64,000 nt of DNA from Candidatus Eiseniibacteriota bacterium (GTDB taxonomy: Bacteria; Eisenbacteria; RBG-16-71-46; JABDJR01): positions 256,001-320,000 of the forward strand of contig CAVXKA010000003.1 in assembly GCA_963762255.1 (NCBI GenBank), written 5' to 3'. The translations under genes and the position numbers were made by a program. Positions 9,229 to 18,571 of this stretch are shown here, in pieces. The notes under the pieces are model-generated. The model was not told where the DNA came from. It was given only the letters and a program-made list of their open reading frames with translations, and searched no databases. Position 1 is the stretch's first letter. Each line of letters begins with the position of its first letter.

Positions 9229-10495
9229 CGCGCCCGCCGGAGGCAGCGCCTTCCACAAGGAGTATCTGGAGGCGATCCGCCTCTTCACACGAAACGCCCG
9301 GCTGTTCCTGGCCGGGACGTTCTTTTACGGTTTCGGGGTCGGCGCCTTCTGGGTCCTCCTGAACCTCTACCTGCGGGGCCGCGGCCTCACCGATACGCAG
9401 ATCGGGCAGGTCCTCTCCTTCCAGTCGCTGGGCATGGTGCTGGTGGCGTTCCCGGCAGGTCTGGCCGCAACACGCGCCCGCCTCAAGTGGCTTCTCGTGA
9501 CTGCCACCGTAATCGCGGCCGGCGCCTACGCCGTTCTCGTGACCGCCGGCCCCTTCCCCGCGCTCCTGGTCGCCTCGGCATGTGCCGGCGGCGGATTCGT
9601 CATTCACTCCGTCGTTTCCGCCCCTTTCTTCATGCGCAACTCGAGCCCTCGCGAGCGGATGACTCTCTTCGGGGTCAACTTCGCGGTGGAGATTCTGGCG
9701 AGCGTCGTCGGGGTGGCGGGCAGCGGCTGGCTGGCCCACCGGCTCGCGGGGACCTTGGGGTCCGAGGTGGCGGGACTCCGGATCGCGCTGCTCGTGGCGG
9801 TAGGGCTTCTCTCCCTGGCTGTCATCCCCTATCTGTTCATCCGCACGCCGCACGCCGAGCCGCGGGACCGGCCGAAGTTCTCGCTGCGCAGATTCCACCA
9901 CAAGGGGCTCCTCGCCCGGCTCGCCCTTCCCGCGTTCCTGGTCGGGACCGGCGCGGGGCTCGTCATTCCGTTCCTCAACCTGTACTTTCGGGACCGCTTC
10001 GGACTCGATCCCAGCCGGATCGGCGCGATCTTCGGGGTGTCGCAGGCGCTGACCGCGCTGGGTTTCGCGGCGGGGCCGATCATGGCGAGGCGCCTCGGCA
10101 TGGTCCGCTCCATCGTCACGACCGAGCTGCTCTCCATCCCCTTCTTCGTGACGCTGGCCTTCACCCAGAATCTCCCGGTGGCGATGGTGGCGTTCTGGTT
10201 CCGCGGCGCGCTGATGAACATGAACCACCCCATCTCCCGCAATTTCGCGATGGAGATCGTGGATCACGACGAGCAACCGGTGGCCAACGCGGTCCTCGAA
10301 CTCACGTGGAACCTGGCCTGGATGGTCTCCGCGCAGGTCGGTGGTTGGGTAATCGACCGGCACGGCTTCGTCCCCCCGATGCTCGCTACGGTATGTCTTT
10401 ACTTTTCCGCCTCTATAGTTTATCTTTCTTTCTTCCGCGACACGGAGCGGAAGGTGTTCCCGCTCCGGGCCGCCGCGGAGGTGCCAAAACCCTAG
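9218..10495 (+). CDS. MFS transporter (start uncertain; first ATG at 9434)
   Basis: The frame is open and MFS-like (EYLEAIRLFTRNARLFL..LNLYL..G) upstream of 9434; about 12 TM segments; PFLNLYF..RFG. Confidence 0.8.
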   Translation, partial: TRSDAPAGGSAFHKEYLEAIRLFTRNARLFLAGTFFYGFGVGAFWVLLNLYLRGRGLTDTQIGQVLSFQSLGMVLVAFPAGLAATRARLKWLLVTATVIAAGAYAVLVTAGPFPALLVASACAGGGFVIHSVVSAPFFMRNSSPRERMTLFGVNFAVEILASVVGVAGSGWLAHRLAGTLGSEVAGLRIALLVAVGLLSLAVIPYLFIRTPHAEPRDRPKFSLRRFHHKGLLARLALPAFLVGTGAGLVIPFLNLYFRDRFGLDPSRIGAIFGVSQALTALGFAAGPIMARRLGMVRSIVTTELLSIPFFVTLAFTQNLPVAMVAFWFRGALMNMNHPISRNFAMEIVDHDEQPVANAVLELTWNLAWMVSAQVGGWVIDRHGFVPPMLATVCLYFSASIVYLSFFRDTERKVFPLRAAAEVPKP

Positions 10496-10504
10496 GGGGC
10501 TTTC

Positions 10505-11023
10505 ATGCTCACAGGGCGGCGGCTGCGTCGGGGTGCCCCCTCAGCCCACCCCGGCAGGTCGCGAACCTGGGCGGGCGCGCTATTTACCTTTGTCGCGCTC
10601 GTTTCGCTCCCTGTCCTCCCCACGTACGGAAGTCGCCTGCGTTCGTGCTGGACCCAGGTGACCATGCTCCCCGACCGCGTTCGTCTCAGCGCGGACGGCG
10701 CACGGCGCGCACTTCTCGGGGAGCCCTTCCAGGTGATGGCACGCGCCCGCGATGCCATGCCCGAGGATGCGGTCATCCTCATCTCGGATGATCCCGCCGA
10801 TCGCCCGCTCTCATCGATTCTGTGGTGCGCGTACTACCTCTATCCGCGGGTGTTGGTGCAGCCCTCGACCCTGCGCGACCACCCCGAGATCACGCCGGAC
10901 TACGTGATTTTCACGCCCAGATTCTGCGGAGACCGCGTCGAAGTGCAGGGGCTGCCCCATGCGGGTTTCCTGGCGGTCTCCGAACGCGCGCGCCGCAGAG
11001 CCGAGGAGCGCCAAGCGCTGTGA
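10505..11023 (+). CDS. Hypothetical membrane-anchored protein
   Basis: One TM helix, YYLYPR motif, stop overlaps the next GTG (GTGA). Confidence 0.6.
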   Translation: MLTGRRLRRGAPSAHPGRSRTWAGALFTFVALVSLPVLPTYGSRLRSCWTQVTMLPDRVRLSADGARRALLGEPFQVMARARDAMPEDAVILISDDPADRPLSSILWCAYYLYPRVLVQPSTLRDHPEITPDYVIFTPRFCGDRVEVQGLPHAGFLAVSERARRRAEERQAL

Positions 11024-12429
11024 ACGCGGTCCTCGAATGGGGGGGGCCGGCCGCGTATTGGGGAGCGATCGCGTGGGGAGGTTGGGGCATCCTGCGCGGG
11101 CTTGGCCTCGTTCGCTGCCGAGCCGGGGATTGGGGGACCGCGTTCCTCGTCGGGTTTGCCGTGTCGATGTCGCTCGTCTACCTCGCGGCCCTGGCCGGTG
11201 CGCCCATCGCGGCGCCTCTCCTGATCGGCGCAGCGGCGGTGACGTTGGGGCTGGGCCTGGCCCTCGGAAGGCGTCGCCCGCTCCCCCGAGAACCGGTGCC
11301 TCCGTGGACGATGGCGGAGCGCGTGTTGCTCGTTGGATTCGTGGTCTATTGCATCGTCGTGATTCAGAGCGCGCTCTACTTCCCGACCACCGCCATGGAC
11401 GCCCACTCCTACGATGGGCGGGCGCAGTTCCTGCTCCGCGATCATCGACTCGATCTCGGGCTCTACCACTGGCCGGGAGGGCCGGTCACCGCGCAGACCA
11501 ACATCTCGTACCCGCCCCTCATGAGCCTGGCATTTGCCAGCGTCTACGCCCTGGGAGGCTGGCAGCCGGACCTGGTCACTGCGGGGTTCGCTCTGGCTTG
11601 GCCGCTCACGATCTACGGCGCCTTGCGCCAACGCATCCCCCGCTTTGCCGCGCTGGCGTGGACGCTCTTCCTCGCGCTGACCCCGGAGATCTTCTCCCAC
11701 GCCGCCAACGCGCTCCTCAACCTCCCGGCCATGGCGCTGGCCGGCGTCGAGGCCATCGCGCTCGCTCGCTTTCTCGGCAGCGGCGAGCGTCGCTGGTTGC
11801 TGCTTGCCGGAATCGTGGCGGCGGGGGCGGCGGGCGTGCGACCGGATGCGCCGCTGGTGCATGCCGCGCTGTGGGCTGTCGCGTTGGGCTTCTCACTGTC
11901 CGATCCGGTCCGGCGCGCTTCCATCGGCCGCTGGTTCCCGATGTTCCTCGCGGCCGGAGCCGCCCCCGCCGTGACCTGGGGCAGTTGGGCGCTCTATCTT
12001 CGCTACGCCATCGGGCTGAGTTCGATGGTGCCGATGGGCGGCGGCGAGAGTATCGGGGTGGCGCCGGTCCTCGAGGCCACCGGGCGTTCCCTCTTCCGCT
12101 GGAGCCTTTTCGGCGCGACGTTCTTCGCCTGGGCGGTCACTCTGCCCTTCCTGGTGCTGCGGCCCAGGGCCGGTCGGGAGGCGCGCTTCTTTCATGGGAC
12201 CGCCTTCGCCGTTCTCGGCGCGCTCGTCGCCGCCTTCAGCCTCATCGACCCCCGATATGGCGGCGGCGTCCAGGATGTGCTGAGCATGTCGTTCAAGCGT
12301 GCGCTCTTCTATCTGGTGCCGCTGGTGGGTCTCGCGTCGGCCCTTTCCCCGCCCTGGCGGCAGCTCGCCCGGCACGGCTTCCGCTGGGTCCATGCGGAGC
12401 GGGTGCCTAAGTCCTCGGAAAACGCCTAG
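11020..12429 (+). CDS. Polytopic membrane protein, possible GT-C fold glycosyltransferase (ArnT/PMT-like)
   Basis: Many TM segments; luminal MDAHSY..RA and SYPPL motifs; GTG at 11020. Confidence 0.55.
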   Translation: MNAVLEWGGPAAYWGAIAWGGWGILRGLGLVRCRAGDWGTAFLVGFAVSMSLVYLAALAGAPIAAPLLIGAAAVTLGLGLALGRRRPLPREPVPPWTMAERVLLVGFVVYCIVVIQSALYFPTTAMDAHSYDGRAQFLLRDHRLDLGLYHWPGGPVTAQTNISYPPLMSLAFASVYALGGWQPDLVTAGFALAWPLTIYGALRQRIPRFAALAWTLFLALTPEIFSHAANALLNLPAMALAGVEAIALARFLGSGERRWLLLAGIVAAGAAGVRPDAPLVHAALWAVALGFSLSDPVRRASIGRWFPMFLAAGAAPAVTWGSWALYLRYAIGLSSMVPMGGGESIGVAPVLEATGRSLFRWSLFGATFFAWAVTLPFLVLRPRAGREARFFHGTAFAVLGALVAAFSLIDPRYGGGVQDVLSMSFKRALFYLVPLVGLASALSPPWRQLARHGFRWVHAERVPKSSENA

Positions 12430-12441
12430 ACTATTCCCCCC

Positions 12442-13911
12442 GTGAGCCCATTCCATCCAGGACCGCCCATGACCGCGAACGCGTATCCCGTTTCCAAGGG
12501 AGAAACGGTCGAACTGCGCGTCGAGCGGCTGGCGTTCGGCGGTCAGGGTGTGGCCCGCATCGACGGGTACACCGTCTTCGTGCCCGGCAGTCTCCCGGGA
12601 CAGCGCATCGAAGCCACCGTGCTCAGGCGCAAGCGGGCTTACGCCGAGGCGCGCCTCGACCGCGTGCTCGAGCCCGGCCCGTGTCAAGTGGAGCCGCGCT
12701 GCGAGCACTTCGGTCTCTGCGGCGGGTGCGCCCTGCAGCACTTCAATCACGAGGCGCAGCTCGAGACCAAGCGCGAGCAGGTGCGGGAGTGCCTGGTGCG
12801 CCTGGGGGGACTGACCGAGGCCGAGGTGGAGCCGACCCTCCCTTCGCCGTCGGTGTACGAGTACCGGAACAAGATGGAATTCTCCTTCGGCGATCGCTGG
12901 CGCGATCGAGAGGAGATGACGGAGGACGCCGCCGAGTCGGATCGCTTCGGCCTGGGTCTTCACGTCCGCCGGCGCTTCGACCGCGTGGTCAACATCTCGC
13001 GGTGCCACTTGATCAGCACGGAGGTCTCGGCGCTGGTGGCCGCGGCCCGCGAAGCGGCGAGAACGAGCGGGCTCCCCCCCTGCTCCACGCGAACCCACGA
13101 GGGATTCTGGCGCTTCATGGTGGTGCGCGAGGGGGCGCACACCGGGGACCGGATGGTCAACGTGATCACCTGCTCCGCCGCTTCGGGCTCCGCTGGCGCG
13201 CGCGCGGTGGAGCGCGTCGCCGAGGCGCTGCGCGCTTGCGGCCCGCGGGTCACGAGCCTCCTTCACGGCACCACGGACCGCCTCTCCGCGGTAGCCATCT
13301 GCGACCAGGTGCGCACCCTGGCCGGAGAGCCGGTCATCCGGGACCGGATCCTGGATCTCACCTTCGAGATCGGGCCCAACACGTTCTTTCAGACCAACAC
13401 GCGAGGCGCGGAGGCGCTCTTCACCGAAGCCATCGCGCGCGGACACTTCACCGAGAACGACACGGTGTGGGATCTCTACAGCGGGGTGGGCGCTCTCACG
13501 CTCCCCGTGGCCCGACGCGCGAGGCGGGTCGTCGGGATGGAGCTTCTACCCGAATCGGTGGCGGCCGCCCGGCGTAACGCCGCGATGAACGGGATCGAGA
13601 ACGCGGAGTTCTTCGCCGGGGACATCCGCGCGCTTCTCGCCGATCCCGGGCTCCGGGGCAGCCTCCGCCCCGACGTCGTGATGCTGGATCCGCCGCGAGA
13701 CGGCGTGCACCCCGACGTCGCCGGCGCGCTCATCGATCTCGCGCCGGCGCGCATCGTCTACGTCTCGTGCAACCCGGCCACGCTGGCCCGCGATCTCGCT
13801 CTTCTGACCGCCGCCGGGTACCGGCTCGACCCGGTTCGGCCCGTCGACATGTTCCCTCACACGGCGCACATCGAGTGCGTCGCCTCGCTCGCGTGGGCCG
13901 GCGCCCGATGA
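12442..13911 (+). CDS. rlmD: 23S rRNA (uracil-5)-methyltransferase
   Basis: TRAM domain, CEHFGLCGGC Fe-S motif, YRNKMEF, FFQTN, DLYSGVG, DPPR.G, YVSCNP, DMFPHT.H.E; alternative ATG at 12469. Confidence 0.95.
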   Translation: MSPFHPGPPMTANAYPVSKGETVELRVERLAFGGQGVARIDGYTVFVPGSLPGQRIEATVLRRKRAYAEARLDRVLEPGPCQVEPRCEHFGLCGGCALQHFNHEAQLETKREQVRECLVRLGGLTEAEVEPTLPSPSVYEYRNKMEFSFGDRWRDREEMTEDAAESDRFGLGLHVRRRFDRVVNISRCHLISTEVSALVAAAREAARTSGLPPCSTRTHEGFWRFMVVREGAHTGDRMVNVITCSAASGSAGARAVERVAEALRACGPRVTSLLHGTTDRLSAVAICDQVRTLAGEPVIRDRILDLTFEIGPNTFFQTNTRGAEALFTEAIARGHFTENDTVWDLYSGVGALTLPVARRARRVVGMELLPESVAAARRNAAMNGIENAEFFAGDIRALLADPGLRGSLRPDVVMLDPPRDGVHPDVAGALIDLAPARIVYVSCNPATLARDLALLTAAGYRLDPVRPVDMFPHTAHIECVASLAWAGAR

Positions 13912-14789
13912 CGCTCCGGGTGCGGCCCGCCTCCGCCGGAGATCTCCCTGCGTTGACCCGCTTCATGGCGGCGCACAACGCCTCTCCCGAACAGCGCTGT
14001 CTGTTCTTCGGGGAGACGATCCCGGAGATCGAGAGCGATCTCGACGATCGCTTCGAGGGGGAGCCCTCGGACGGATTCGTGCTCGCCGAGAACGGAGAGG
14101 GTGTCGCGGGTGCGATGGGGTGCGCCGTGGACAGCTCGACGCACCGAGGGTGGCTCGCCGGCCCGTGGGTCGCGTCCGGGCGATGGGACGAGACGGCCGC
14201 CGCGCTCTTCACCGCCCTGCGCGAGCGGCTCGGACGCCGGGTCGCCCTCTTCGACACGTTCGTGGACGCCGAGGCCGAGCGGGTGGTTCGGTTCTACACG
14301 GAACAGGGTTTTCGAGCCCGCAAGCGGGCCCATGTATACACCGCGCCTCGGCCGGCGGATGTCGCCCTCTTACCCCCGGGGACGGATCTCGCGCGAGACT
14401 GCGAATCGGCGTTCCTGGACCTGCACGCTCGAGCCTTTCCGGAGGCCCCGGATCCCGGCCCCGATCTCCTCGATCGCCGCGGGGAAAGCTTTCGCATCCT
14501 CGCGGTGAGGGACTCCGAGGGTCTCGTCGGATACACCTGCGGCGCGGAGCAGCACCAGCCGCGCGAGGGTTTCGTGGAGTACCTTGCTGTCGAGCTCCGC
14601 GGGCGCGGGCGCGGACACGGCCGGACGCTCCTCACGCAGATGCTTCGCTGGTTCTTCGTCGAGAAGAACCTCCCGCAGGCCGCGCTTGCCGTGGACGACG
14701 AGAACAACGGAGCGCGTGGGCTCTACGAGAGCGCGGGATTCCGCGTGCACCGAACCGGCGTGGCACTGCGCTGGCCGCTCTGCGGTTAG
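13908..14789 (+). CDS. Tandem GNAT N-acetyltransferase
   Basis: RGRGHGR motif A, N..ARGLYE..GF, FY...GF in first domain; ATGA overlap with rlmD. Confidence 0.85.
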   Translation: MTLRVRPASAGDLPALTRFMAAHNASPEQRCLFFGETIPEIESDLDDRFEGEPSDGFVLAENGEGVAGAMGCAVDSSTHRGWLAGPWVASGRWDETAAALFTALRERLGRRVALFDTFVDAEAERVVRFYTEQGFRARKRAHVYTAPRPADVALLPPGTDLARDCESAFLDLHARAFPEAPDPGPDLLDRRGESFRILAVRDSEGLVGYTCGAEQHQPREGFVEYLAVELRGRGRGHGRTLLTQMLRWFFVEKNLPQAALAVDDENNGARGLYESAGFRVHRTGVALRWPLCG

Positions 14790-14801
14790 GGCCCGCCCCG
14801 A

Positions 14802-15575
14802 TCAGGGTCGGCCGGCCCGCTCCCAGGCCAGACGGATCCCGTCCACGGTGAGGGCCGGATCCACTTCCGTGATCGTCTCCGAAGCCTCGGCGATGAGCGC
14901 GGCGAGCCCCCCGGTGGCCACGACCGGCGTCTTTGCTGCGAAGTCCATCTCCCGAAAGATGCCGCGAACGAGGGCGTCCACCCCACCCACCGCCCCGAAG
15001 TAGATTCCTATCTGCATCGCCTCCTCGGTCGTGCGGCCCATGAAACGCTGCGGTCGCCTGATTTCCACGGGAGCGAGGCGTGCCCCGCGTTGAAAGAGAG
15101 CGTTTGCGGCGGTGGCCACGCCGGGCGAGATCGCACCGCCCGCGTATTCGCCCTTCGCCGTCACCACGTCGAAGGTCGTGGCGGTTCCGAGGTCCACCAC
15201 GACCGCCGGCGCCCCGTGCTTGTCGATCACGGCGAGGGCGTTGGCCAGCCGATCCGCCCCGACGCTGGCGGGGTCGTGGTAGAGGATCGGGACAGGGACC
15301 GTGGTGTGGTCGAGGATGAAGGTGGGGCGTTTCAGAAGTCGTTCCCCGACCCGGCGGTACTCCGTCGTGAGCGCCGGCACCACCGAGGACACCGCGATCC
15401 CCGTGATCTCGGCCTCCCGGTGCCCCACGCTGCTCAGGACGTAGTGCAGGAGCACGGAGATCTCGTCTCCTGTCTGGCGCGGAGAGCTGGTCAAACGCCA
15501 ATGATGCAGAAGTCGATCCCCCTCGAAGAGAGCGACCGCGGTTTCCGAGTTGCCGACGTCGATGGCGAGCAGCAT
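14802..15575 (-). CDS. coaX: Type III pantothenate kinase
   Basis: AIDVGNS, SSVVP, GADR, VDLGTATTFD, GGAISPG, ATGG. Confidence 0.95.
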   Translation of the reverse strand: MLLAIDVGNSETAVALFEGDRLLHHWRLTSSPRQTGDEISVLLHYVLSSVGHREAEITGIAVSSVVPALTTEYRRVGERLLKRPTFILDHTTVPVPILYHDPASVGADRLANALAVIDKHGAPAVVVDLGTATTFDVVTAKGEYAGGAISPGVATAANALFQRGARLAPVEIRRPQRFMGRTTEEAMQIGIYFGAVGGVDALVRGIFREMDFAAKTPVVATGGLAALIAEASETITEVDPALTVDGIRLAWERAGRP

Positions 15576-15576
15576 G

Positions 15577-16341
15577 TCACTCTCCTTGGTTCGCCCGATC
15601 CGCTTCGCGCACGCGGCGGGCCCGTTGGCGGCCCCGGTAAACCACGCCCACCACCAGGAAACTCAGGCCGTATAAGAGGAGCAGCGGCGCGGCGAGGAGC
15701 AATTGGGAGATGGGGTCGGCGGGCGTGAGAATCGCCGCCACCACGAAGATCACCACGATGCTGTGCCGCCAGTAGAGACGCATGCGCCGGGGGGTGAGGA
15801 TGCCCACCCCCGCGAGGAAGGCGGCCACGAGCGGGGTCTGGAACACGAGCCCGCAAGCCAACCCCATGGTGAACACCACGTCCAGCAGGTAGTGCACTTC
15901 GGTCTGCGACTGCAACCGCTCGGAGCCGAAGCCGATCAGAACCTTGACCATCACCGGGGTCAGCAGGAAGTACGAGAACGCGATCCCGAGATAGAAGAGA
16001 ACGATCGAACTCAGGACCGAGGGGAGAACGACCCGCTTCTCCTTGGTGAGGAGACCGGGCCCGACAAAACTCCACAGCTTCCAGAAGCTGTACGGAAGGG
16101 TAAGCAGGATCCCCAGCACCAGGGTGACCTTGAGTCGGGCCATGAACGCGCCCTGGGGCTTCAGGAAGACCGCGGAACCGGTGGTGTTCTCGATCAACCA
16201 ATCGAGCGTGCGGTCCGACGCCCACCACGCGACGACCGCGCCGACGGCCACCGCAGCGATGACGTGCAGCACCATCTTGCGGAGTTCCTCCAGGTGCTGG
16301 AGGAAGGGCATGCTGGCGTCGGCGGTGGCGTCTTCGGTCAA
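15577..16341 (-). CDS. tatC: Twin-arginine translocase subunit TatC
   Basis: HLEELR, W.FV.PGL...E, FQTP, AAILTPADPISQ. Confidence 0.95.
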   Translation of the reverse strand: MTEDATADASMPFLQHLEELRKMVLHVIAAVAVGAVVAWWASDRTLDWLIENTTGSAVFLKPQGAFMARLKVTLVLGILLTLPYSFWKLWSFVGPGLLTKEKRVVLPSVLSSIVLFYLGIAFSYFLLTPVMVKVLIGFGSERLQSQTEVHYLLDVVFTMGLACGLVFQTPLVAAFLAGVGILTPRRMRLYWRHSIVVIFVVAAILTPADPISQLLLAAPLLLLYGLSFLVVGVVYRGRQRARRVREADRANQGE

Positions 16342-16347
16342 GGGAAG

Positions 16348-16827
16348 CTACTCGCGGGATCGGGAAGGGTCCGGATCGCCCTGCACGAGCCCTTGGATCT
16401 CATCCAGGAACTGGTTCACGTCCTTGAAGTGGCGATAGACCGAGGCGAAGCGCACGTAGGCGACCTCATCCAACCCGTGCAGTTCGTCCATCACCCGCTC
16501 GCCGATCTCTCGGCTGGTCACCTCACCGGGTGCCTGGCGCTGGATCTCGGTCTCGATGCGGTCCACCATTTCTTCGATCTGGATGAGCGAGATGGGCCGC
16601 TTCTCGCAGGCGCGAGAAATGCCGGCGATGATCTTCTCCCGGCTGAACGGCTCGCGCTTACCGTTGCGCTTGACCACCACGACGCTCGCGTTCTCCACGT
16701 ATTCGTAGGTGGTATAGCGGTTCCCGCAGCCGATGCACTCGCGGCGGCGGCGAATGGCCCGACCCTCTTTGGTGGAGCGGGAATCGATGACGCGGTCTTC
16801 GAGGTGACCGCACTTCGGGCATCGCAT
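16348..16827 (-). CDS. nrdR: Transcriptional repressor NrdR
   Basis: MRCPKC..DSR..IRRRREC..C zinc ribbon plus ATP cone, VAYVRFASVY. Confidence 0.97.
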   Translation of the reverse strand: MRCPKCGHLEDRVIDSRSTKEGRAIRRRRECIGCGNRYTTYEYVENASVVVVKRNGKREPFSREKIIAGISRACEKRPISLIQIEEMVDRIETEIQRQAPGEVTSREIGERVMDELHGLDEVAYVRFASVYRHFKDVNQFLDEIQGLVQGDPDPSRSRE

Positions 16828-16842
16828 GGGGCCTCCGGAATA

Positions 16843-16889
16843 GCCCTACATAATGTGGGCCGACGCATGCTAACCGCCATATTTGGGGC
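16843..16889. promoter_or_regulatory. Two tandem NrdR boxes
   Basis: GCCCTACATAATGTGG (16843-16858) and CCGCCATATTTGGGGC (16874-16889) fit acaCwAtATaTwGtgt; 31-bp offset; directly upstream of nrdR. Confidence 0.7.
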
Positions 16890-17053
16890 TGTCAACGCGT
16901 CATGACGGCCTACGGCACGGGATGCTGGGCCTTTCCCCCCAGGATGCGCCGCTTCGGGGGTCGAGGCCCCGAGACCCTCCCCGACCGCCTCAAGTCCCCA
17001 TCCCGCCCTCCGATACCCGGACATAGGGAGTGCCCCCGGAGGAGAGGATCACC

Positions 17054-18571
17054 ATGACCGCGACCGTCCCGTCTCGACCCAATCTGGGTCAGATACTCAC
17101 CCGCCTGAAGCTGATCACCGAGGAGCAGGTGCGGACCGCGCTCGAACTCCAGCAGGAGAACGGCCGGCTGTTCGGGGAGTGTCTGCTCGAACTCGGTCAT
17201 ATCGGAGAGGACGATCTCTCGTGGGCGCTGAGCAGCCAACTCGGACTCCCGTTCATGAACGTCTCGGCCGAGATGTGCGATCCCCAATCCCTTTCCAAGT
17301 ACCCTCGTGATTTCCTTCGCCGCAATCGTGTCCTCCCGTTGGTGGAGACCGAGGACACGCTCTCGGTGGTGCTGGCCGATCCCACCGACGAGGTCACCGT
17401 GGCCCGACTGCGGCGCATCTCGGGGCGCGAACTCAACATCGCGGTAGGAACTCCGAGCGCGCTGACCCGTGCGCTGGACGATCTTCTCGGTCCCAGCCCC
17501 CTCGAGCTCGAAGGGTTGGAGGCCTGCGTCGAACAGGCGGGTGGCGTCCCCACGCTCGCCTCGCCCGAAATCACCCGTCTTCTCGATCGCGCCCTCACCG
17601 AAGGGGCATCCGCCATCCACCTCGACCCCGAGGAAAGCAAGGTGCGGGTGCGCTTTCGCGTGGGAAACGCGCTTCATGAGGGCGGGCAGTTCGAGACCAA
17701 GGCGATGAAGGGGGTGGTGGAGAGCTTGAATGCGTGGCTCGGGGCGGGCCGCGACGAGGCCCCCGGCGTGTGCGTGTGGAGCGACGAGATCGACGGCGAG
17801 GCGCCGCCGGTTCGCGCAACCGCGATCCAAGGACAGGCCGGTGTCTCGGTCACGATCTGGCTGGAAGAATCGGGCTTCGCTCCCCCCAAGGTGTCCGCCG
17901 GTTTCGAAGCGGAATGGGAACGGCTCGACGCGCTCCTCGCGCGACCGTGCGGTCTCATCGCCGGCGTCGCGCCGACCGAGCCCGAGCGCCGGCATCTTCT
18001 GTCACGCATCCTGGGACAACTCGACGCGTCGAAGCGACGCGCGTGGGTGCTCGCCCCCGAAGGGTTCCCGCTGCCGAAGCGATTGGCGATCCACACGGCC
18101 AAACCGGACGTCGCCCTCACCTCGTCCTTCGCGCGCCTGGAGGGAGTGGATATCCTGGCCGGTCTCTTCCCCTCTCCCCAACACCTTCCGGCCCTCATTG
18201 AGGCCGCGGATCGGGATCGCCTCGTCGTCGCGGTCCTGCCCGGCCACTCCGCGCTTGGCCTTCTGGCGAGGCTTCTGGAGGCGGGGATTTCCGCGAGCCT
18301 CCTGGCGGAGACCTTCCTCGCCGCGATCGCGCAGCGCACGCTCCCCGCGACCAGGGCCGATGATCCGCCGCAGGCGCTGGCGGAGCTTCTCTTCATGGAC
18401 GACCCGTTGCGTCGCGCGTTGCAGGACGGCGGCCGAATCGGCGATCTCCGCAGAGCAGCACGCGAGCAGGGCTTCGTCGAACTCGCCGCCCGAGCGAGGG
18501 GACTCGGCAGCATCGACGCCGCACTCCTGGCCGACCTGGACCGGCATCGCTACCTGGGAGAAGCGGCATGA
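17054..18571 (+). CDS. PilB/GspE-like protein with MshEN-like N-terminus and degenerate ATPase domain
   Basis: LGQIL..LITEEQV..AL..Q...RLFGECL.ELG, ASAIHLDP, VRFRV, AQR retained; Walker A/B absent; ATG at 17054 after GGAGAGG. Confidence 0.75.
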   Translation: MTATVPSRPNLGQILTRLKLITEEQVRTALELQQENGRLFGECLLELGHIGEDDLSWALSSQLGLPFMNVSAEMCDPQSLSKYPRDFLRRNRVLPLVETEDTLSVVLADPTDEVTVARLRRISGRELNIAVGTPSALTRALDDLLGPSPLELEGLEACVEQAGGVPTLASPEITRLLDRALTEGASAIHLDPEESKVRVRFRVGNALHEGGQFETKAMKGVVESLNAWLGAGRDEAPGVCVWSDEIDGEAPPVRATAIQGQAGVSVTIWLEESGFAPPKVSAGFEAEWERLDALLARPCGLIAGVAPTEPERRHLLSRILGQLDASKRRAWVLAPEGFPLPKRLAIHTAKPDVALTSSFARLEGVDILAGLFPSPQHLPALIEAADRDRLVVAVLPGHSALGLLARLLEAGISASLLAETFLAAIAQRTLPATRADDPPQALAELLFMDDPLRRALQDGGRIGDLRRAAREQGFVELAARARGLGSIDAALLADLDRHRYLGEAA

